Source: Octopus sinensis (Eukaryota). Taken from it: a DNA stretch of 51,050 nt. Location of the stretch: positions 1 through 51,050 of the forward strand of contig NW_021834244.1 of NCBI RefSeq assembly GCF_006345805.1. The letters are read 5' to 3'. Shown here one piece after another: positions 38,385 to 48,800 of the stretch; the stretch's first letter is position 1, and each line of letters opens with the position of its first letter. The position numbers and the translations under genes are program-made. The notes below the pieces were generated by a model that did no database searches, was not told the DNA's origin, and saw nothing but the letters and a program-made list of their open reading frames with translations.

Positions 38385-39100
38385 TTTTGATGAAGCAGAC
38401 ATAACATTAAAAGCATTCTAAATGCGACAGTCTCGTATTTTAAGGTGTAATATAGCGTGGTGCCATTTAAGCCTGATTCCTAACAACACGGTGATGCAGA
38501 ATCTACTGATGTTTCCAAAAGCATTCGCGGTCGGAAGTAACTCGTTTGTAAAGATAACGAGATATGGTTTGAGGAAGATGTAATTGTTATCCCTAACAAA
38601 TAGTGGACTGCCGAATTTAGTGATCTTTTAAGAAAAGTTCTTCTTCAAATATCGACTATTTTTAAGGTAACAAAATACGATTCGAGGTAAATTTAACTGT
38701 TATCGACAACGCGCCATGGTGTACCAAAGGTACTGACGTTTCGAGAAAGGTTCTTCGTCAAATGAAGCCCGCTTTTTTTATATTTGAGAAAGAGCATGGT
38801 ATAATTCTAGGTCGAATTGGGTGTTATCTCAGTTAAACCTCAGGTGCCGAATCTATTGACGTTTCATGAAAATGTCTTTATCACATGGATTCCCTTTTTA
38901 TGTTTTAAGATAGCACCTTTATCCATAACAAGGCCATGTGTTGCCCAATCTACAGGCATTTAGAGAAAACTACTTCATCAAATGTGGCCGAGGTATGAAG
39001 ATAACACGATGTCAATCGAAGTAGTCTTAATTATTATCCCCACCAAACCATGGGAATTTGAATCTGCAGACGTATTGGAATTAGCTCTTCGTTAGAAACA
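38385..39100 (-). repeat. Decayed tandem array with a unit of about 114 bp (6-7 units), each with a hammerhead-like core on the minus strand
   Basis: The gccgaatctactgacgtttc-type anchor recurs at 38496, 38610, 38723, 38846, 38943 and 39057 (spacings 114, 113, 123, 97, 114). Confidence 0.75.
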
Positions 39101-39818
39101 GAAATTTTTCGAAAATTGAACTTTGTTAGTTTTGAAAAAAAAATTTTTTTCTTCTCTACGATGAGAGAGCTTAGATCGATAGGCCGGTAATTGGCAAACT
39201 TTAATAGAAACAATAATTAGCTAGAGATATCGGATAATCACAAATGCTATCAATGGGAATAATCTACGGTGAAGTGAATTCGTATGAAGTAATGAAGTGA
39301 GTAAATCCCTGCTAATTATCGATGAAAGTAATTTGCATACGTAAAGAGGGGACACAAATATTTAACAAAAGGAATGATAGAGATGGTTTAGTATCTCAGG
39401 ACATAACTAAGGAATGTTACGATGGAAAAGCGGGGGACATATTAATGATTTCATTGTATGGAGAAATTAGAAAAACAGCAACAGATGTTAGTGTGTGCGT
39501 GTCTGTATATATATGTATGTATGTATTTATGTATGTATGTATGTATGTATGTATGTATGTATGTATGTATGTATAATCATCCATTGAAAATGGACGAAGA
39601 GCGGAAGAAAATCGATTTGCGTCTATCAACCCAGAAATAGTAAGGCAATTATTCCAAGAATCTATGGCTTACACCTAACCATTGCCCTAATATCTAACAT
39701 CAATACTTCGCAATAAGTAATTATATATATATGTGTGTCTGTGTGTGTAGACAGATATATATATATATAATTATATACGCATATATATAGATATGTGCGT
39801 GTATATTTATATATATAT

Positions 39819-39874
<56 letters not shown>

Positions 39875-39974
39875 TATCGATTCATAGATAGATATACATA
39901 TATATATATATATGTATATAAACATACACACACACATATATATATATATATACATTTACACCCATGTATATTCA

Positions 39975-40033
<59 letters not shown>

Positions 40034-40789
40034 GGCGTGCGTGGGCGTGTGTGTGTAAGTACATCGCATTGTGCTCAAAAGTTCGATTGCGGTTTAGATT
40101 TTCCGTACTACAACAGTGACGTTCAAGATAGACCGGACATTTACGTATTAGCTATCAAACCCACATCCCGCACAGTTTTATCACACAATGGAAAGACACA
40201 TTCCACAGCTTAGAAACAGGTCTACTTACACTGTAGAGACAACGCTCAGGTCTGATTTAGTTATATATATATGGTGCAAAGATGACGAATGAAGCGGCAT
40301 AAAGATGAGGTAAAATCATTGACCAGGAAATGGAAGGAAAAGAAAAAGAAGTGACTTTACCGGTTCAAGTATTCACTCTTCTTCCGAAATTTTGGATAGA
40401 CATTCAGAGAAAAAAAAACAGAAGGAAAATATGACAAATTGAAACGTACGTATATTAAGCTGTCACGGAATGGTGAATGACCGGAAGTCAAAAAAGGTTC
40501 CTTTAGGCGTGAGTGACAACTGTGAGTCTGACGAGTGTGTGTGTGTGTGTGTGTGTGCTTGTTTTCTTGTATGTGTGGCTGTGCTGCGCGTGTAAACTGT
40601 ATACGTACGTGAGTGCGTGTGCAGACGTTTGTCTGTGTATGCGTGCTTTGTTGTTTATATATGTGCATGCGCATAAGGCTGCTGTGTGCGTGTATATTGC
40701 ACAGGGGGTGAATGAGAAATAGAGGTGACAGAAGCGTTGGGAAAGGTAGATGTATCTATTTTCGAGCTACTTTATGCGTACTATATATA

Positions 40790-40847
<58 letters not shown>

Positions 40848-41321
40848 CTTTTATTTGTTTCGGTCATTTATCTGCGGCCTTGCTGGAGGACCGCCTTAAG
40901 TCGAACAAATCGTCCCCAGGACTTATTCTTTGTAAGCCCAGTATCTATCCTAGCGGTCTGTTTTGCCGAATCGCTAGGTAACGGGGACACAGACATCGGT
41001 TGTCAAGCGATGGTGGGGGGACAAACACAGACACACAAACATACACACATACACACACACACGCACACGGACACACACACGCACACGGACACACACACAC
41101 ACACATAGACACATACACACACACACACACACATACATATATGTGTGTGTGTGTATATACGACGGACTTCTTTCAGTTTCCCTCTACCAATTCCACTCAG
41201 AAGGAATTGATCGGCCCGAGGCTATAGTAGAAGACATTTCCCGAAGGTGCCACGCAGTGAGGCTGAACCCGGAACCATGTGGCTGCTGAGCAAGCTTTTT
41301 ACCACACAGCCACTCCTGGAA
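40848..41321 (-). mobile_element. SINE family B, full length with an expanded (CA)n spacer
   Basis: Reverse complement of 34461-34868. Confidence 0.87.
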
Positions 41322-41322
41322 C

Positions 41323-41375
<53 letters not shown>

Positions 41376-41382
41376 ATATATA

Positions 41383-41806
41383 TATGCGACAAGCTTCTTT
41401 CAGTTTCTGTTTACCAAATCCGTTTACCATTGTTCGGCCCGGGACTGAACCCGGATCCATGTGGTTTGGAAAGCACACTTCTTACCATACAGATTTCGGG
41501 GACGTAAACACACTAGCGTCGGTTGTCAAGTGATGTTGGTGGGACAAACACAGACACACAAACATATACACACACACATACATACATACATATATATATA
41601 TATAATATATATATATAATATATATATATATACATACATACGACGGAATTCTTTTCGTTTCCGTCTACCAAATCCACTCACAAGGCTTTGGTTGAGCCGA
41701 AGCTATAATAAAAGACATTTGCCGAAGTTGACACGCAGTGGGACTGAACCAGGAACCATGTGGTTCGTAAACAAGCTACTTACCATACAGCCAATCATAC
41801 GCCTAT
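41383..41806 (-). mobile_element. Two partial SINE family B copies (41383-41490 internally deleted; 41496-41806 lacking the 3' end)
   Basis: Both show cttctttcagtttc / gggactgaacc / cttaccatacag segments. Confidence 0.78.
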
Positions 41807-41918
41807 AAATGATAAAAATAACAATGAGTGAATTCTCCACGTGGTCAATCGATTCGCTAGATATAACAACCAAATTGCCCTGAAATCAAATCCCAGAGTA
41901 AATTAGAACAATGTAAAC

Positions 41919-42593
41919 CAAGGGTTCCCAAATGTTTTAGACCATCGACCCCTTCACGGAATCTTGGACACTTTCTCGACCTCCAGGCAAGTACAAGAAA
42001 ATAAATAAATAAATAAATAAATAATAATAACAGTAATAGTAATAGGAATAGCAATAATAATAATATTAATAATAATAATATTAATAATAATAATAATAAT
42101 AACAACAACAACAACAACAACAACAATAATAATAATATAATAATAATAATCATGATAATAATAATAATAATAATAACACTCATTGTATTATAATAATAAT
42201 AATACTCACTACTCATTGAAATTGAGAAAATGTGGCATCTCAAGGCGGTTACAATACCAGTGATCGTAGGAGCACTAGGAATGATCAAGAAGGGAACCGA
42301 AAATTATATGAGAATGATCCCTGGCTTACCATCCCTGCAAGAAGTGCAAAAGATTGTCTTAACTGGTACATCACACGTATTGAGAAGAGCATTGTCGATG
42401 TGAGAACTGTTGCTGCTCATTTATTTTAATTTAACTTTAAAAAAATAAAAAAATAAAAAAATGAACGAACTATTGAGTTTGGTTTAATGGCCTACCAATG
42501 TATACTATGAGTTTCTTTGCCCTAGGAGTCGGGAAGACACTCGGCAAGAAATGGAAGCAAATTTGAAAGAAGAAAAAAAAAAAAAAAAAAAAA

Positions 42594-42637
<44 letters not shown>

Positions 42638-42728
42638 TAATAATAATAAGTAGATATACATTTATCGATCCCTTAAATATTCTCATCGACTCCCAGGGGG
42701 TCGATATCGACCACTTTTGAAATTCCTG
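41919..42728. mobile_element. Non-autonomous hAT (Charlie/Buster-like) element with an exact 8-bp TSD
   Basis: ATGTAAAC at both 41911-41918 and 42729-42736. Decayed TIRs CAAGGGTTCCCAAATG and (reverse complement) CAGGAATTTCAAAAGTG; internal tcgaccc subterminal motifs. Confidence 0.78.
42212..42595 (+). mobile_element. 5'-truncated R4/Dong-like (restriction-like-endonuclease) non-LTR retrotransposon: ORF end, 3' UTR and poly(A)
   Basis: LIEIEKMWHLKAVTIPVIVGALGMIKKGTENYMRMIPGLPSLQEVQKIVLTGTSHVLRRALSM* (42212-42403; not in the ORF track) matches the RLE C-terminal E...W...V.IP..VGALG....QK..L.GT...LR motif. Poly(A) at 42573-42595; (TAA)n on both sides. Confidence 0.85.
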
Positions 42729-43717
42729 ATGTAAACCCTAAAGATGTTAAGTCTGAGAAAAAAAAAAACGAACCAAAAGCAGAAATTGAATCAAAAACAA
42801 TACTGCTGGTTTGTCACGGCTAGAACGTCTTTGAACATAGGTTTGCTTGACTAGACATGAGCTGGAGTTAAAGAATAGCATCAGCAACAGCAGGAACAAC
42901 AACAACAACAACAGTACCGATGCTAACAACAAGAAATGTAACAGTGCCCACACAACAACAAAAACCTTAGAAACAAGAACGACAACACCAAGAAAAACAA
43001 CAAAATACTAAAAACAACAACAAAGCAGAAAAGAACAATACAAAAACAACAAAACAACAATATCAGAAGCGACAACAATAACGGTTAGATCCTAACGCTT
43101 TGCTGTTAGAAGCTCTTTGGCCGTCTTCGCTCTATTTCTTTGATCTTGAATCAGATTTCATACACTTTCAACCCCTTTAAGATGCTGACTCTATTAATAG
43201 ACCTACAGAGACTGGACTTAGTACAACGGATGCTGTAGCTGCTGCTGCTGCCCTTAATTTTCATGATGGTGAATGATAAGGATGATGATGATGATGATGA
43301 TGACGAAGATAGTGACTATGATGATGATTATTATTATGATGATGATGATTATGACAACACCGATGATACTTATGATGATGATGATGCTGTTGAGGTGGTA
43401 ACGGTGATGGTGGTGGTGGTGGTGGTGGTAATGAAGATGATGATGTGGAGGAGGAGGATTATGATGGTAGTGGTAGTGGTGGTGATAATAGTGTCAATGA
43501 TGATGATGATGATGATGATGTTGATCTTGTTGGTGGTGGTGTTATACCAGTGGTGATGACACCGATGATGATGATGATGATGTAATTGGAGTGATGCCGT
43601 TGTTTATCTCCAAATCAGTTCTGAACCATCAAACCTATCGTCGAAGGTGTTCCGTCCGTGACCACCCCGTCCATCTTTCTTTTTCTTTTAGCATAGTATA
43701 TACTTTGAAAATGTTAA

Positions 43718-44130
43718 GAGAGCGAGCTAGCAGAGTCATTAGCACGCCGGATAAAATGCTAAGCGGCGTTTCGTTCAACTTTACGTTCAGAGTTCGAATT
43801 CCACCATGGCCGACTTTGCCTTTCATCCTACAGAGATCGATGAAATAAGTACCAATTGAGAACTGGGGTTGATGTGTGTGTATGTGTGTGTGTATGTGTG
43901 AGTGAGTGTGTACATGTTTGTGTCTGTTCACTCCTACCACCACTTGACAATCGGTGTTGATGTGTTTGCGTCTCGGTAACTTACCAGTTCAGCAAAAGAG
44001 CCGGATAGAATAAGTACTAGGCTGAAAAAAGAAAGTACTGGAGTCGATTCATTAATTCGACAAAAAATTCATGGCGGTGCCCCAGCATGGCCGCAGTCTA
44101 ATGACTGAAAGAAGTAAAAGAATAAAAGAA
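43718..44130 (+). mobile_element. Chimeric SINE: family A head and body, (TG)n spacer, family B 3' half
   Basis: 43718-43872 aligns to family A up to ctggggttgat; 43915-44130 aligns to the family B 3' module including the gtaaaagaataaaagaat tail. Confidence 0.78.
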
Positions 44131-44365
44131 TATATATAGTTTATAATAATACAAATAAAATAAAGACAGAGACAGATGGGGGAACAACAACTAAAGCTTA
44201 TAAATTTGACGCTCAGGAGAAAGGAAGAAGTTTTGACGTTTCGAACCTACGCTCTTCTACAGAAAAGAATGGGAAGAGAAAACCGATGGAGAGAGAGGAA
44301 AAAATTGGAGAGCAGAAATGGGGAGAAAAACACGTGTCTGGTTAAATGCATGCACACGTTGAATC

Positions 44366-44600
44366 TCTTTTACTCTTCTATTCTCTTATTTATTTCAGTC
44401 ATTTGACTGCAGTCATTTTGGAGCACCGCCTTGGAGGGTTTTAGTCGAAGAAATCGACCCCCGTGACTTATTTCTAAGCCGAGTACTTATTCTATCGGTC
44501 TCTTTTGCCAAACCTCTAGGTGACAGGGCGGTGACACATCAACACTGGTTGTCAAGGGGGGCCTGGGGGGGACAAACACACAAACACACACACACACACA
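44366..44600 (-). mobile_element. SINE family B, 3' half
   Basis: Reverse complement of the family B 3' module, with tail. Confidence 0.8.
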
Positions 44601-44689
44601 CACATAGATATATACATATATACATATATATCTACCAAAGCCACTTAAAATTCTCTGAGCGTCAATCTACTACATTCACTGTACAAACA

Positions 44690-44862
44690 ATATAGATAAG
44701 TTTCTTTATTGGCCACACAGGGCTGCACACAGATGGGACAAGTTACAAGGTAGAGCTTTTCTTTTGGGGGATGAAGAGAACAAAAAACAAAAGAAAAAAA
44801 AGGGGGTGGCGTAGGTTTTCGATCAAGAGGGATCGTAAAAGGGAAGAAAAGAACAAAACAAT
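44690..44862 (-). mobile_element. Possible 3' UTR fragment of a non-LTR retrotransposon next to (GATA)n
   Basis: Minus strand ends ...tgtgtgcagccctgtgtggccAATAAAgaaac. The call rests on my recall of similar LINE ends, not on coding similarity. Confidence 0.35.
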
Positions 44863-44864
44863 AT

Positions 44865-44972
44865 AGATAGATAGATAGACAGACAGACAGATAGATAGAC
44901 AGACAGACAGACAGATAGATAGACAGACAGACAGATAGATAGATAGATAGATAGAAACATAGATAGATAGAC

Positions 44973-45048
<76 letters not shown>
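44865..45048. repeat. (GATA)n/(GACA)n microsatellite
   Basis: Directly visible. Confidence 0.97.
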
Positions 45049-45057
45049 CTGTGGACA

Positions 45058-45178
45058 TTGATCGGTTCAGAGCTACAGCAGTCGACACCAGCCTAAGATG
45101 CCTGGCTCTGGAACTGAAACCGAAACCGCGCGGTTGTAAAACGAGCTTCTTACCCACACTCTCATTCCTGCAGCTATA
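45058..45178 (-). mobile_element. Decayed SINE family B head
   Basis: ggaactgaaaccgaaacc...cttcttacccacactctcattcctgcagcta parallels the family B 5' end in reverse. Confidence 0.6.
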
Positions 45179-45224
45179 TAGTATATATATATATATATAC
45201 ATATATAATGCAATTCTTTTTAGT

Positions 45225-46115
45225 TTTCAGCACAGGGTCAGCAATTTTGAGGCACTGGATGGTCGATTATATCAATGCCAGCATTCAACCGGTACTTGTT
45301 TCATCGACCCTGAAATTATAAAATACAAAGTTGACCGCGGTGAAATATTTTATTCGAAACATGAAGCCAGAAGAAAAACAGAAAAACATTTTATCTGGGC
45401 TCCTAAGGATTCCATCAGCTTGCCGCTTTAATATAATATAATATATATAAGGCAGCGACCTGACCGAATCGTTAGCACGCCGGGCGAAATATTTAGCGGT
45501 ATTTCGGCTGCCGTTACGTTCTGAGTTCAAATTCCTTTCGGGGTCAATTAAATAAGTACCAGTTACGAACTGGGGGTCAATGTAATTGACTTAATCCTCT
45601 TTGGCTGTCCTTCTTTGTCCCCTCAATTTTTAGCCCCTTGTGGGTAATAAAGAAATAAACATAATATAGCTAAGGCGGCGAGCTGGCAGAAGCGTTAGCA
45701 CGCCGGGTGAAATGCTGAGCGGTATTTTGTCTGCCGCTACGTTCTGAGTTCAAATTCTGCCGAGGTCGACTTTGCCTTTCATCTTTTCGGGGTCGATAAA
45801 TTAAGTAGCAGTTGCGTAGTGGGGTAGATCTAATCGACTAGACCCCTCCCATCAAAATTTCGGATCTTGTGCCTAGAGTAGAAAAATAATATGATATAAT
45901 ATTGGTTTCAAATTTTGACACAGCTGCAACAATTCCGGGGGAATGGTAGATCGATTACATCGACCTCCAGTGCTCAACTCGTGCTTGTTCATCGGCCTTG
46001 ATAGAATGACAGGCAAAGTCAACCGCGGTGGAATTTTAAAAACAAAATGTACAGACGGGTTGATATTCCGCTAAGCATATTACCTAACCTGCTAACGATT
46101 CTGTAATCTCACCGG
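45225..46115. mobile_element. Cluster of four SINE family A copies: 45225-45429 (-), 45449-45660 (+), 45671-45890 (+), 45903-46115 (-)
   Basis: Each segment aligns to the family A pattern; 45671-45890 is the best preserved. Confidence 0.82.
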
Positions 46116-46367
46116 TTTCATATAATATAATACACGATGATGGAATGTAATGTAATATGATATAATGTAATGTAATATAATATGATATGTTATGAACAAA
46201 TAATTTTGTATAATTTCTGTAGTGACAAGCAGAGAAAAGGAAGTTTAACGGTTCTGTCGGTTTTTAACATTAAAGACCAATTTGCGGGACACACGGCTCT
46301 AACAAACTTTCCTACATTAATCTAACTCGTCGAACCTTCGTCCCTCTTTCTCGCCCACTCTGCTCCC

Positions 46368-46403
<36 letters not shown>

Positions 46404-46597
46404 AAAACCGTGGTAATTAACTCTATAATATTTGTTTGTTATATGTTGCTGCTTTTTTTATTATAACGCTGTAGATGTTGTTTGAAATATATTGAAAAGC
46501 GTGCAGCCTGTGAAAGCAAATACAGAAGCGAGGCGGTTTCTTTAACGCCAAGAATACTCACGATCCGCGTTAATAATAATAATAATAACAATAATAA

Positions 46598-46628
<31 letters not shown>

Positions 46629-47139
46629 AATAATAGTAACTATAATAAAAATAACAACAACAACAATAATAATAATGACAACAACTAATATTAATATAAA
46701 TGGTAATAGTATTAATGATGATACATACACCATAAACATGCATTTAAGATAATTAAAACAGCTTTTTTGGGGGGGGGGTTTCTGTAATGATATGGTCGCT
46801 TTTGCATCTAATTAATGTCGATTGAGTGAAATGATTAATACAGCATACAGAAGCAAAGCAATAAACACACATATATACACACACGCAATGTTATAAAAAT
46901 TCAGTGAAGTGCAAAAAAAAAAAACTATTGGAAGAACATAAAAAACATCTGTGAAAAAATAGCAAACAAAATTTGTAATAAATTAATTATTCAATTAAAA
47001 TTTGGTGAAAAAAAAAATTGAATTAAAATTTTAAAATAATATAAATATGTAAATAGAGGGGAAAGGGTTGGAGAGTGGGCGGGAGAGTGGGAGAAAGAAG
47101 GTAGGAAGAGAAATGTTGGAATGGTAGAGGTGTAGGACT

Positions 47140-47990
47140 AGAGGAAGTGTGGAAAGGAGTGAAAATGGTTGGGGAGGAAAGGAGTGAAGGAGGTGGGTGA
47201 GATGGGGGTAGAAGGGAAGGAATTAAGACGAAAAGAGAGAAGGAAGGAAGGAGTGAGGGAGGATGGGGAGGGATAGAAGGATAGACAGAGAGCAGTGAGT
47301 GAAGGACGAAGGAAAGTAAGAAGAAAGAAATGGAAATGAAAGGAAGAAAGAGAGGTGGGTAGAAGACACAGAAGGGGGAAGAAAAAAGGAAAGAAAAAGC
47401 AGGAAGGAAGAAGGAAAAAAGACAATAAAAAGGGAAATGAGAGAGAAAGAAAGAGTGAATGAAGAAAGAAGGAAAGAAGGAAAGAAAGAAAGAAAGAAAG
47501 AAAGGGAGGAAGGAAGGAAGGGAGACAGGAAGGAAGGGAGGAAGGAAGGAAGAAAGAAAGGAAGGAAGGGAGGAAGGAAGAAAGGAAGGAAGGAAGGAAG
47601 GAAAGAAGGAAGGAAAGAAAGAAGGAAGGGAGGAAGAAAGGAAGGAAGGAAGGAAGGAAAGAAAGGAAGGAAGGAGGAAAGGAAGGAAGAGCGAAAGAAA
47701 AGCTGGTCACCAATGAAGGTACAAAAGATAGTAATAACGAAAGTGGGTAGGATGACTAAAAGAAAGAAAGAAAGAAAGAAAGAAAGGAAGAAAGAAGGAA
47801 AGAAAGAAAGGAAGAAAGAAAGAAAGAATAAAGTGGAAGAGTAAGGATGTTAGAAGAAAAACAAGGTTAAAAAGAAAGAAAAAAGTAAAGAACGGAAATC
47901 AGAAAAGAAAAGAGAAAGAAAAGTGAAAGGAAGGAAGGAAAGGTAGAAAGAAAGGCCAGAAGAAAGCAAGGAATGATTGAATGAATATTA
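47140..47990. repeat. Polypurine tract, (GGAA)n/(GAAA)n
   Basis: Directly visible; nearly free of pyrimidines over 47400-47700. Confidence 0.95.
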
Positions 47991-48349
47991 ATAAATCCAT
48001 ATTGGTGGATTTAATCCGAATTAAGGAGATTATATATTTAATTCATTAATTTAATCAAAATGTGTATTTTAATAGGTTTAATTTAACGATTCGAACCAAG
48101 ACTTTTAAGTTTCTCTTTTGTTTTTGTTCTCGTTTTCTTATGTTTTTTGTTTTTGTTTTTGTTTTCGCTATCTACCATTTAATATTTACTTAGAAATTGT
48201 TGCTATCTTGTTTAATCCTATTGATTTTGATATCTTTGCAAGTTTTTTGGTTGTTTGTTTTTTTCCAAATTGCCTTTAAATATTTCCCCGTTCTGATCCC
48301 ATCGATTCTCTTTGGTTCAGAGCTTTTTTTTAAGTTAGTTGGTCTGTAG

Positions 48350-48536
48350 ATTGCTGGGTCGAGTCGATTGGCTGCTTGCTTGGCTGGTTGGCTGGTTTGT
48401 TGGTCGGTTATGGTTGGTAGACTAGCTGGTCCATATGTTGGCTAGTTGGAACATGTTTGCTAGTTAGGTTGTTGGTTGGTCAGTTGGTACTTATGTTGGC
48501 TTGTTAGTTGATTGTTTGTCTGCTTGTTTGTTTGGT

Positions 48537-48571
<35 letters not shown>

Positions 48572-48800
48572 ATGGATGGATGGGTGGGTGGATGTCTGAC
48601 TGGCTGGATGGTTGATTGTTTGATAGGTATATTGGTTCGTTGGTTGGTTCGTGAATTGGCTAGTTGGTTAGATAATTAATTAGTTGGATAAATGACTGGT
48701 TGTTTGGTTGCTTGGTTGGTTGGTTAGTCAGCCGGTTGGTTGGCTGGTTGGCTGGCTGGCTGGCTGGCTGGTTGGTTGGATGGTTGGTTGGTTGGTTACG
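48350..48800. repeat. Degenerate (TGGT/TGGC/TGGA)n tetranucleotide block
   Basis: Directly visible. Confidence 0.9.

Noticed and set aside
38385-39100. CRISPR-array interpretation of the periodic repeat (also considered for 32465-32644)
   Set aside because: Eukaryotic context, no cas genes, degenerate repeats, and the inter-motif segments are themselves homologous rather than unique spacers.
47437-47844. Lys/Glu/Arg-rich ORFs
   Set aside because: Translation of (GGAA)n/(GAAA)n.
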